This document shows positions 24,758 through 36,410 of a DNA stretch of 64,000 nucleotides, one piece after another. Every line of letters starts with the position of its first letter. Within the stretch, counting starts at the first letter, position 1. The position numbers and the translations under genes are program-made. The notes beneath the pieces were generated by a model. The model made no database searches and was not told the DNA's origin. It saw only the letters and a list, made by a program, of their open reading frames with translations. The stretch comes from Mantamonas sphyraenae STR306 (taxonomy: Eukaryota > Protista > CRuMs), in the NCBI GenBank assembly GCA_026936335.1, contig JAPMXV010000048.1:3584-67583 (forward strand), written 5' to 3'.

Positions 24758-27700
24758 CTAAAAGCGTTTGAAACGCTTGGCAATCCGCTCGAGATGCCTC
24801 TTCGCCGCTGACATGTTTTCCTTCCACTGTGGATTATTGCCCTCTTGCGCGTTTGCGTACTCACAGCACGTGTAGTGGTCGATGCTACGCAGGTCCCGGT
24901 TCCAGCCCCGTTCTTGTGGAGACCTTGAATGGCCAGGCCTGGAGGGCATCTCCACGTGCCATGCACGCCCCACAGGGCACGCACGTTGATGCATCGCGTC
25001 TTGGACAGTCCTGCAGTGCACTTGACGTTCACAATACACGTCAGGTGGTTGCACCCGCTTCGCTCCAAACCCGAAATGCCGTGACCACTGGGGCAGTTGA
25101 CCCAGCCGCCAGCGTGCAGAGCGTGATTCCACTTGAACCACTTGCTCGGCGGCAAGCCTTGCACATAGTTGGACTTTCCGCACCTAGCATCCTTGATGCA
25201 ATTGAGCCCAGTGCATCCATACGTGGTCACGCCGCTAGCAATCGTCGACGTCGGGCACTCGGCCTTGCCAGCCTTGCTCATGTGGTGGTGCCAGTGGACG
25301 GTACTTGCCACTACCAGTGCCTTTGGATCTTCAGGCTTCTCCGTGTACTTGCAGCACTTGTAGTGGTCCACCATGCCCAGGTTGCCCGTGGACACGGGTC
25401 CCGCACGATGGATGGCTTGCAGACCCCATCCCACCGGACACCCGTGTTCGCCCTTCTTCTTCAGGTCCACACGCACAAGCTTGCACTCCTCCGACAGGCC
25501 GTACGTGCACCGTGCCTTCTGAATGCAATCCAACGTATGGCAGTGGTAGCGCTGGAACCCAGACACGCCATAGCCCTTGGGACAGGTTGCCCATCCACCA
25601 GCACGCAGGTACTCCCACCACCACAACCACACCTGCTTCGGGTTCTGTTGCCTGCGGTTCTTCTCACACACAGCTCCCTTGATCTCCCGCAGGTTCGTGC
25701 CACCAGACGTTGTCAGAGACTGGACAATGTACCCGCTCTTGCACTTGGCTTGCGTACTGATCGTCTTGCCCATTGTGTTGCCCCAGTCTGCCCTGCTTGT
25801 CGCAAATGCTTCTTGATGTTTCGCCTCGGCTGCGAAATCCTTGGCTTCTTGCGCGTTTGCGTACTCACAGCACGAGTAATGGTCGATGCTACGCAGGTCC
25901 CCGGTTCCAGCCCCGTTCTTGTGGAGACCTTGAATGGCCAGGCCTGGAGGGCATCTCCACGTGCCATGCACGCCCCACAGGGCACGCACGTTGATGCATC
26001 GCGTCTTGGACAGTCCTGCAGTGCATTTAACGTTCGTAATGCATGTCAGGTGGTTGCACCCGCTTCGCTCCAAACCCGAAATGCCGTGACCACTGGGGCA
26101 GTTGACCCAGCCGCCAGCGTGCAGAGCGTGATTCCACTGGAACCACTTGCTCTTCGGCAACTCCTTTGCGTAGTTGGACTTTCCGCACCTAGCATCCACG
26201 ATGCAATTGAGTCCCTTGCATCCATGCGTGGTCACGCCGCTAGCAATCGTCGACGTCGGGCACTCGGCCTTGCCAGCCTTGCTCATGTGGTGGTGCCAGT
26301 GGACGGTACTTGCCACTACCAGTGCCTTTGGATCTTCAGGCTTCTCCGTGTACTTGCAGCACTTGTAGTGGTCCACCATGCCCAGGTTGCCCGTGGACAC
26401 GGGTCCCGCACGATGGATGGCTTGCAGACCCCATCCCACCGGACACCCGTGTTCGCCCTTCTTCTTCAGGTCCACACGCACAAGCTTGCACTCCTCCGAC
26501 AGGCCGTACGTGCACCGTGCCTTCTGAATGCAATCCAACGTATGGCAGTGGTAGCGCTGGAACCCAGACACGCCATAGCCCTTGGGACAGGTTGCCCATC
26601 CACCAGCACGCAGGTACTCCCACCACCACAACCACACCTGCTTCGGGTTCTGTTGCCTGCGGTTCTTCTCACACACAGCTCCCTTGATCTCCCGCAGGTT
26701 CGTGCCACCAGACGTTGTCAGAGACTGGACAATGTACCCGCTCTTGCACTTGGCTTGCGTACTGATCGTCTTGCCCATTGTGTTGCCCCAGTCTGCTGCG
26801 AACGAAAGGGTCGTGGGTTTTTCCACAGTTTCGGCAATATACCTACAGCACTTCAATTTCGTGAGGTCACCCAGATGACCATCCGCTCCGTCGTTGTGCC
26901 TGTAGAAGCCATTGATACCGAAACCGGCGGGACAACTGTGCGTACCGCGCTTCCCCAAGCCGTGCTCGAGGTTGACAACTTCACAATCGTCCTTGTACGT
27001 GTTCAGTGTGCACTTTAGCATCTCAATCCCGGTCAGCGAGTGGCTGTTGCCGCGCTGCAAGCCGGACACACTGTAGCCTGCTGGGCAGCTCTTCCATCCC
27101 TTGACGCTCATCTTGCTGTGGACTTCCACAAATGCGTCCAGGTCGTTCTTGATGTTGCGCGTGCAACAATTGGCCCGTTCCAGGTTGACCAAGGCGCCTC
27201 CTGTCGTCTCCAACGAGTGCACAGACGTGCCTGCGGGACAGGATGACATGCCGGCGCGATCGAAAGAGCTGTACCAGTTGCCCACTTGGCACGACACGGC
27301 GCCCTCAGGCGGACCGACGTCACGGAGCTCGCAGCACTTGATGTGATCCACAGTGTCCAACTCTCCATGGTGCGAGCGGTTGGTGCGATGCAGCGCCTGC
27401 AACCCGTAGCCAAACGGGCACGAAACGCTGCGGCTTGCCTGGCCAATCCTCAACTTGATGACGATGCACTTGCCTATGTCAAGTCCGTCTACACACTGCA
27501 GTCCCTCCAGACACATCACGCCGTGGCAGCCGCCTTGTTTGCGCAGAAAGCCTGCAATGCCGTACCCGACGCGATGGCAGTGGAACCAGTGCTCATTGAA
27601 TGATCCACGGAAAGTAATCTCCCTGCTGGCATGTGCGTGAGTGCAGCAATCAGCGCCGTTCAGAGTTCCCAGGCCCATGCCGTGGCCCTTCAACAGGCCG

Positions 27701-30700
27701 GTGATGATCGCTCCACGCGGGCATCGCACATGGGCTCCAGCAGCAAGATGCCACTTGTGCTCACTGCATCGCTTCAGTGATTTGACTGTGAGTTCGCGCT
27801 CGGCGTCGAGCCGCTGTGTGGGGCTGTGCACCTTGAGCACACCGTCAACGGGCGCCTGGACGTTCTTCTCTTGCGCTTTCCTCACCACCTTTTGCAGTTC
27901 CTCCCAATACTCGTCCAAAATCACACGTGTCTTGATCAGAATTGATCTCACGAGGCCGAGCATTTGCTGTCGGCGAGCCTTGCTCACGTGCAGGTCTTTC
28001 AGACGGCGCAGATCAGCAATGGCCAATCCTCGGTCACGGAGTGCCTTGCGTGCTTCCTTGCGCAGGTTGCGCATCTCAGGCGTGTTGAACATACCCACCA
28101 TGGCCTTCTTGATGTCCGACTTACCCTTCAACTTACCGCGCTCGTCGGCGATGGTCGTGCACAGCTGCAGCTGTAAGCGATCGTCGTTCTCCTTCATCAT
28201 CGTTTCGGTCATCCGTCTGCCACTCTCTGCAGCTTTTTTCTCTGCAGCCTGGGCCTTTTCGGTCTTTCTCTTCAGAATCGGTGAAGCCATTTCGATGAAA
28301 TGTGGTATCAGCTTGGGATCCTGTTTCAGAAGCTCCTTGCGGTGATAGTCGACCGATGCAAACGTCCGTATGCTCAAATCAGTGTACTCCTTGACTTCGT
28401 AACCCAACACCGCCACCGCCTGAGAGTAGCCCTTCATTCGGCTCTGCGTGGTTTTGCGCATGTGCTCAAACGCCGCCACGGGCATCATCTTCAGATCCAG
28501 CAGACGTACTGCTTCGGCGGCGCCCAGAGCACTGATACGATGGTTCATCATCGAGACGAAGCGAGACTTCAGAACGCCATCGGGCTCAGTGGTCAATGCA
28601 TGGTCCATCAGCTTGCGCGAGATGATCAGGCGCAAACGCTTTTGGAACAGCTCTTTGCGCTTCGTGATACGTTCGTTCTTCATGTGCGCAGACCCAATGG
28701 CCTTCGTGATCACGGGCTCGCCCTCTTCTGTGAACGCGTTGTACCTGATACCTTTCCTCTCAGCCTCATCAAAATTGGCGTCAACGCCTTTTTGATGCGT
28801 GAACACATGTTTCAGCGCATGCTCGATCACCTTCTCGTCCACTTCTACACCGGTGTCTTTCTCCAATTGAGCCCATCGGTAATGCATTCCACCCTTGACA
28901 CTCTTCCGATACTCCTTGGCGTTTTCGAACGAATGGAACACAAAGGGGTTAACGTGAACGAGTGCCTCTGGTACAATCAGCTTGGAGGGATCATATGGAT
29001 TGACCAATCGATTCGTCGTTGCTTGTCGTCGATGTAATAATACACTCATAGCAAGGTCCTCGACGAGCTGCTCGTCTTCTTTGTCCGCTTGATGCATGCT
29101 TCGTTGCGCCATCGCGGACATTGGTTCGGCTGAAGCCCACCCGAGCACGTCGGACGAGTCTCGGGTGGAAGGCAGCATGGCCAAAATGTCCGTCGGGATC
29201 TGTTGGACGAGCGAGAAACGCTTTTTGGCCTCATCGCCATAGCTGTCCCTGTCCGCCACGTTCTTCGCGTTTACCATAGCGCTTATCTGGTCCCCGGAGG
29301 GCAGCTTCCACTCAAAGTTAGCCAGCTCCTTCTTGAACTCGGTGATCTGAATTGTTTTGTCGACCAAATCGATGCCGAAAATCGAGATTTTAGCGCCGAC
29401 CAAAGGTCGCAGGCCAGCGCTCAATGTCAGCGTGTTCCTGTTGGCCACACCTTGGTTGTGTACCTTCTCCGCTTCTGTAGGCTCTTTCAGCTCATACTTG
29501 CTGTTGTCGACCGCAATACACTTCGCAGCGCCCTGCGGCTCAAATTCGGCCAGTGCGAAGATTTGGAGCGCAAACGAAGGTCCCGAAACGGAGTACAGAA
29601 GGGCACTGATCTTTGGCGTCAGGGTAATTTCCAGCGAAATCGTAGCGCACGGTCGGAATCCATGGGGGCCTTTTCGCGTTACCTCGATCGACTTTTCGAA
29701 GATAGGGCTCAAGTCCAGCTTGCCGTTCACAAACTTGGCTTCCAGACCCAGCCTCAGTGTAGCCGTAAGGGTTGCCTCGAAGTTGAATTGGAATCCTGCC
29801 TGTAGAGCAAGGGATGCACCCAAGTTCAGTTCTCCCTCGACCAGAATGACCACCGGCACCGGGCCAATCTGAAAGTTGAACGTCACGATGGGCTTCTTCA
29901 ACACCTCCTTTTCCTTTGACCAATCGAGCCTGCCAGACACCTGGGCAAACAGGTCGACCTTGGTTGTGAGTTGGGCACCCAGAGCAAACTTGATGCGCTT
30001 TGGCTTGTACTTGTCAATCCTGATTGCCAGTGTGAACGTCGGCGCCACCTGCGCCTTGGCCTCCAGAATACGAAGTACGATGTCCAGAGAAACGGAGACT
30101 TTGGTCTTACTGCCATTCCTCTCTTTCTCCCTTTCATGTCCAATTTTGGCGTTCAGATCAACCTCTTTGACCTGGAACCCCACACCGGGAAACTGCTCGT
30201 CGATGTTCAGCTCGGCTGTTCCACCGTTGAGCATGTCCCATGCAAACTTGGCCATTTGGCCCACCATCTTTCCCACCTGCACCAATGCAGCGCCGATGCT
30301 TTGGGCCACGTTTGCGACAACAGAGGCGACCGCCGTGGCCACCTGGATGGCTGTGGCAGCGATTGCCTTTGCCTTTGCAATCATATTGTTGGCAAACGTG
30401 GTCAGTTTGGTCAGCAGCTTCTTCGTGAGGGCAGTCGCTGCTGCCACGAGTGAGTGCAGAGCATTCTTGAGGTCGTTCAGTTTCTCTGTGATGAAGGTTA
30501 CGAGGTTGTTGAACGTCTCTGTCATTCTGTCCCACGCTTGCCTCAAATGTGCGTCGAGAGATGTGAACGCGCGGCCGATCTCACCGGCTAGTTGACCGAG
30601 GACACCTCCGACCGAAAGAGCATCTTCCACCTCCTCATCTGCCTCGTCACCCTCCTCGTCATCGTCGGCAATGTCAAGCGCCAAACTCTCACCGTCGATT

Positions 30701-32390
30701 GGGAACTCTTCATGCAGCTCATCATCAAGCCCAGCGTCGGCAAGCTCCTCAACTGAGGAGTCCACGTCCTCGCTCTCGGAAGTGAACCCAAACTCGGCGT
30801 CATCGATGTCTGTGCCCGCTGCTTTGGCCTCCGCCAGACCATGGGCAACCAAACGTGCTGCCTCCACAACGTACTCGCGGTGCTTGTCAAAGTACTCGCG
30901 GGCAGCTCCGGAAAGCTTTTCGCCGTACTCATGGCTCAGGGCCTGCAGTTGCGTCGAGGACGGGTCCTGGTCAGAGATGCGACGCACAGCCTCCGAGACC
31001 TTTTGCAAGGCTTCGTGTGCGGCTTCGTCGTGCTTGTTTGCTGTTGCAACAGCCGCATGATCCTTGACCATGTCGCGCAGGATCTGCACCTGCTCGTTGC
31101 GGCGAGCGGCCACACTTCGGTCCTGGACTTTGCCGGTTTCCACGTCCTTGATCAGGTCAGACACGTCGGTGACCTCCACGTGAACGGTGGCATCCTTCAC
31201 TGCGTCTTCAAGGTCTGCGTTTTTCACACGCAAGTGGTACGGCAAGGAATCCTTGTTGCACTGCGGCAGTTGGCCAGGCGACCAAGCTTTGGCTCCGCTC
31301 GGGCTGTTGATGGCCGTGATCTTGTACAGACCTGTGGCAATGCCAAACACGGAGCCGACCTTGATCGACTTGCTGTGGCGGTGCATAAACACGCAGGTGG
31401 CGGTGAAAACACCGTCACGCGCATCTCCACCCTCTGGAATTAGGCCTTGCTTGGCAAGGTCTTGCATGCTCCCAGAGTGCTTCAGAAATGTGTACTCGTC
31501 GACATCGCTGAGAAGGCCGTGGGACTCATGAAAGGGCAGATCGGCATCGTCCACGTCTTCAACATCCTCAGCCGAAGACTGCACCGAATCAACATCGAAC
31601 GTGTACTCTCCGTTTGCTGCTTGAGCACGGTGAAAGTTCTCGCTCATGTGCTTGGAGATCAGGGTCAACGCACCGGTGCGAGACAATGCGTTCAAGGGCT
31701 TGGCCACGTGGCTCAGGTGCGAGTCCAACCCCGCTTCGATCTCGAAAAAGTCCGGGTGCGTGTTCACCTCTCCACGAAGAAAGGTCCGCACGAGCGATTT
31801 GCCACGCAGGGATGCGTTCAAAGGGTACTGCTTGTAGACACGGTGCGTGGCATCCGAGATGGATTCGTCGCTCAGCCCCAAGTCTTTCTTGTACAGCTCC
31901 AAGGAGAAAAAGTCGTCCTCGGAAATGTCTTTTTCGTTCACCACGTGTGCGGCATCACCGTACACCGTGGTTCCTTTGTCGAACCGTTCATGAAGCTCCC
32001 CCTGGGACAGCCCAGCATCTGTTTGCCGACGATGGGTAGTGATGTTCAAGCGTTGGTGAACATGTGTCAGTCGGAAAAGTTGAGCTTCAACAACGAGAGG
32101 GAAAAAGGAACGCGGACCGAACCCTCCAGAAAAGACAACGTGTCCCACAGCAAGAACTCACACCGAGAACCGGCTCCACGCTCGCCTAAAGTCGGGGAAA
32201 GTGCACGTGCCACATCTGTGGATGTAGGGTGGGCCCAGTTTTGCCCCAGAGTGAGTACAGACGCGCGGAAAGGATGAAAGAATGCATGAAGACCACCCAT
32301 CCTTCCATTCGGGAAAAACTCACCGGAGATGCAGGCGAACACAAGGACAATTGCTAAAAATTTGGCCCATCCATGGCGTTGCATCATCAT
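24758..32390 (-). CDS. Very large secreted protein (~2,450 aa): acidic region, amphipathic helices, beta-rich domain, basic coiled region, C-terminal Cys-rich repeats
   Basis: Signal-peptide exon 32390-32324, exon 32215-32162, main exon from 32018 (GTGAGT..CAG introns of 108 and 143 nt, phase 1). A missing C at ~24897 shifts the last repeat; the true stop is likely 24758. Confidence 0.8.
24843..26796. repeat. Intragenic ~1005 bp tandem duplication (24843-25791 / 25847-26796)
   Basis: Identical ORFs at offset 1005; protein block ADWGNTMGK...CCEYANAQE occurs twice with few substitutions. Confidence 0.95.
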
Positions 32391-33039
32391 CGGATGGGGA
32401 TTGACTGCTGATAACATCGAGTGAGTTTGTTCCAGCAGAATTGAAATGCATCAGCTACAGCGATCACTCCGCGGAATTCTCCTCTACGTAGTTGGACGAC
32501 CCTTCTCCCATTCTCGTTCGTTCGTCGGCCTGGTTACAGTAGTCGAGGCCACTCAAACCGCCTCTCTTTCCTCTCATGCAGCTCCCTTGCGCCGTCACAC
32601 TCCAATGATGCTGTAACTTGCAACTTCTCTTTCTCGGCTTCTGCAACCTTTTCCTTCTCTCTTCTCTTCTTCCCTTCATGTCACCGATTTCGATCTTGCC
32701 TGCATCGGCGTCCTCCACTGGCTGACGGCTGTGACACATGCGCTGAACTCAATGGATGACGTCGAACTGAGGCTTCGGTGCATCTGGCATGGGCGGTGCA
32801 CTCCATGCAATGCCAATTTCCTTGCAGTTCGCCCTGCGTTCTTCCTGTCACGGCCCTAGCGTTCCCACTGCCCCCCAATGCGACTTCCACTCGACCTTCA
32901 TTCAGATTGGAGGATTTGGTCGTGACTGTTGGCATCATCCTTGCTCTTCTCGCCTTGTCCGCTCTGGTTTGGAGGGCACGCATGCGGTCAAGGTGGCGGA
33001 TGAACGTAGTCAACACACCATGTTGATGAGAGTTCAGAC

Positions 33040-34179
33040 TCACACCACCTGCACCTGCACCAGTGCTTGCCTTGTGGGCATCAAGTGGATTTCATAGACC
33101 CATTTCTGCGAGAAATAATGAAAACAACGCGGCTGAGCCACTGGCACCTCGCTGCACACATCTTCGAGTGCGGTGCGGTACTGGTTGCACCAATGTTTTC
33201 GGCGAAAGAAGATGCCCCAGAGAGTCGGCACAAACACAACCACAGCACCCACGATTAGAACACCCATTCCTGTGTCTAAAAGCGCCAACACCCACCATTC
33301 CGTCAGAGAGGCGAACAGGATGAGGAGCACAGCGAGCACAGCAGCTGCCCCCATCATCCACAATCCAACTCGTGCCACCCGAAGAACACGATTAAGCTCC
33401 CCCGTGTGCTCTTCAACCACCTCGTTGAACCGTCTGGTTCCATTGTCGATCAGCTCGTCCAGTTCTCGCTTGTCCAGTTCCAGATCGGACGGTGCGTCTG
33501 CGAAGATGTCAAATCGTGACTCTCGATCTTCACCCGCAAACGCGTGCCACAAGCTCACCCACACACCGTCCACCTGCTGGCGAGGTGCATTTGGATGCAG
33601 AGGGGTGGGCGTGGATCCGTCCGAAGTGTGGTGAAAGACAAACGACTGCACATTGTCGGTGCGCTTGGCATCAATGTCCTCAAAGTCCACGCGTAGGTGA
33701 GCCCTTGCATATGAGGGATTGGCGTTGTGCCGAACGCACAGCTCTCTTGCTGCCTCCACCCAGGCTGACTGGATAAACGACGAAACTACGATAGAGGTAA
33801 TCAGCAGCAAAATCCCCAGTCCATACAGACTACCCATCACAACAAACACGGTGGCGTTGCAATCGTCATCCACGAAGAACAAAGGCAAGATGGAGAGCAT
33901 CCCCAGACACAAGGGAACGTACGAAGCTGACACCAAGCGGAGCTGGACACCCCTAAGGTGATGTGTGCGCTGAAAAGCCACCATGGCGTCGTCTATGGGA
34001 GCATTGAGATCGTGCAGATCAAGGAACTGTGGTTGTGGTTTGTCCAAAAGCGGAAATGAGCAAACTCTGGCAACTGCCGCCAAACTCCATCGCGCCCAAA
34101 CTCCACCTGCGATGCACACCCCGCTCACTCGCACCAACCGCAAGAGAGTGTGGTCTCTGAGTTCCTGGTCGTTTTGCAT
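33040..34179 (-). CDS. Membrane protein with two pairs of TM helices
   Basis: 379 aa ORF with hydrophobic hairpins (YVPLCLGMLSILPLFFV/VFVVMGSLYGLGILLLITSIVV and GLWMMGAAAVLAVLLILFA/GMGVLIVGAVVVFVPTLWGIFF). 5' structure uncertain. Confidence 0.6.
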   Translation of the reverse strand: MQNDQELRDHTLLRLVRVSGVCIAGGVWARWSLAAVARVCSFPLLDKPQPQFLDLHDLNAPIDDAMVAFQRTHHLRGVQLRLVSASYVPLCLGMLSILPLFFVDDDCNATVFVVMGSLYGLGILLLITSIVVSSFIQSAWVEAARELCVRHNANPSYARAHLRVDFEDIDAKRTDNVQSFVFHHTSDGSTPTPLHPNAPRQQVDGVWVSLWHAFAGEDRESRFDIFADAPSDLELDKRELDELIDNGTRRFNEVVEEHTGELNRVLRVARVGLWMMGAAAVLAVLLILFASLTEWWVLALLDTGMGVLIVGAVVVFVPTLWGIFFRRKHWCNQYRTALEDVCSEVPVAQPRCFHYFSQKWVYEIHLMPTRQALVQVQVV

Positions 34180-34585
34180 GTGTGTGCTCTCCCTTGCAAA
34201 GGCCCATCACAGAGCAAGAGCGGGTGAAAGTGCTGGTGCAGAAATTGGCTGGAACTCACTTGCGCAAGCTCTGCAGGCACATCGTTCCAGCGCTGGAAGG
34301 ATGCAAAGCGATCGTTGGGAGTGCTATGGTGTCTGCTGAACCATGATTTCTGGAACGACATGCAGATTGGAGTGAATTAGTTGGAGCGGCCCGGGGGGGT
34401 TCTGGAAGACACTGAGCCAACAATCAGCACGGCCACTGCATTTGAGGACTTGCGTGTGTTGGATATCCATTTCATGGATGCTGTTACCCGCTGAGTGCCT
34501 GTGCCCCTTCAGTGTTCATCGCACCGGCACCTGGTTCTCGACGGTTGCTTTTCTACCTCAAAGCACGCATGTGTTGACAATCAGG

Positions 34586-35300
34586 TCAATTACAGCTTGG
34601 TTGACAATATTCACAAGCACATTTGCCCTTGCAGCTCTCTGGACTGGCACACATGGCGGTGGGCTCGGTGCTGAAGCGAAAGTTGATCTGGAAGGGGCTG
34701 AAGGGGCCACGTTCGCCCATGAAGGACAGGAAAGCCATGGCATCGGGCCACTCCTTTTCTACAACGACTCCCCCACCGAATGGTACCAGTGTGCAGGAAT
34801 CATATAGGCCGTTGGCAAAGTCTGGGCAGACGGTGAACTCGACGACCTGGACTTGGCCGTCGGCTGCGTGTTGAGTGACCTTGACAAAGTCTTGTTGGAG
34901 CGGGTTGCACGTAAAGGAGCACCAGAGGGTGTGGATGTTGTTAATGCACGATTGGCAGTCGGCAAAGACGTTGTCCACAACGTTTTTGAACTGGTTGTAG
35001 ATGACTTTGGTCTGGTTCACGGTGCAGCAGTGGGATTGGTTGAAGGCTCCGCAGTCGACGAGGTTAGAAGTCTGGAAGAGGGTGAGCAGCGTGGAGGCCG
35101 GGATAAGGTGAAAAAGAGGCAGAGAGGGTGAGCATGAGCAGAGGGCGAAGCGTACACGCCGGTAAGACAACAGCAGCAGGACATACATTCAAAGGTGCAG
35201 AGTTAGGATACGTGTAGGGCGGGTTGCCGTGCATGACACAGTTTGCATGGACCATGGTGACAGCGGCCACGAGAAGGACAAAGGGAATGGTCCAGCGCAT
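34586..35300 (-). CDS. Stand-alone secreted NPC1 N-terminal (sterol-binding) domain protein, ~199 aa
   Basis: Signal peptide exon 35300-35187, 115 nt GTATGT..CAG intron, exon 35071-34586. Cys pattern CC..Q...CxSCxxN..xxWCxFTCxPxQxxF...FANxLYDSC...PFxINF...CxCxxCxxSC is typical of NPC1_N. Confidence 0.85.
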
Positions 35301-35675
35301 GGTTTTGGTTGCGCGGAGAGGAGCGAGGGTGTTGGGAGCAGTCATGCAAGGTGGATCGTTGGAGGGAGTGAGAGGTAGGGAGATGTGATACGTACAAGAT
35401 TCGGATTGGAGCTTGCGGAACAGGCCACACTTTGGTGTATTCGTAGTGACCGAGCATAGTTCGTTTGATGAGACGCTGCAAGGAGACAGAAACCATTCTA
35501 CCAATGCCCAAGTGATAGGATAAACACCCGTCAGATGCTCCCGAACGTGCAACAGGCCATTGTCGTGGACGCGTTTCCCACCGTTGCAACTATTTGAATG
35601 TTTGGTCTTTTTGAACATTTCTGGAATCTCTGGGGAAGTGACGTGGAAAGCAGGGTGCGGCGTGCACGGTTTTTT

Positions 35676-36238
35676 ATGAAGGAACAAGTGGTAGGTGCAC
35701 AAGGCAGTGGGCTTGGTTGAGAATTTGGAAGCGCAAACTCATTCCCACGCCACGCGTCACACTGTCCGACTCAACAGCTGGTTGAATTTGTGGCCCTCGT
35801 CGTTGATATATGGGCTTTTGGGAACTGGTTGTATGGTGCTACGGCCCTGGGTAAGCAGTGTGTCTAACTACAACCCTCTTGTTCGAAGCTGACACTTCAC
35901 ATCGACTTGTTGCAGCGAATGCACTCTGTGTCGTCCTGTGCAGTGCTTGTGCTTGTAGTTGCTGTACCAGAGACCCTCGCCAACTATATCGTGCATACCA
36001 GCTGAGTGAGTCTGCTGTATGCGTTTCTGTTCTTTCCAACCTCATCCTCGCTCTGGCGACGATGTTCGAGACCGAGTTTCCGATGCGCCTTCTTATGGCG
36101 AGCATCTTCAGTCTGTTTCGTATCGCTGTCATGGTTCCTATTCTCTCTGGGATGCGTGGGCTGAAGACGCAGATGGAGCTGGAGGAGCAGTTGGATACTG
36201 CAGAGCTCGCAGTGCCTGAGGATGCAGCCAAACTGTGA
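35676..36238 (+). CDS. Small multi-pass membrane protein (~136 aa), three exons
   Basis: Exons 35676-35690, 35778-35850 and 35916-36238 joined in frame by GTAGGT..CAG (87 nt) and GTAAGC..CTGAC..CAG (65 nt) introns; several hydrophobic segments. Confidence 0.6.
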
Positions 36239-36410
36239 CGACTCGACCCGGAAGACACCTTCAATGAACAATCCGAGACATACCAAAAGTGTACAGCCAA
36301 CACCTCAGGTGCACAGCGACGGTAGTCCAGACCCATGGCACAACCACATCCTCCAGGCGCTGGACGACGATGCATAAGAATAGACAGGCATGTCTGCAAA
36401 ATCATATTCC

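Noticed and set aside
24829-27018. 729 aa plus-strand ORF and similar long antisense ORFs (e.g. 13699-14658, 5083-6144, 62137-63525)
   Set aside because: They are shadows of GC-rich genes on the opposite strand and show no motifs.
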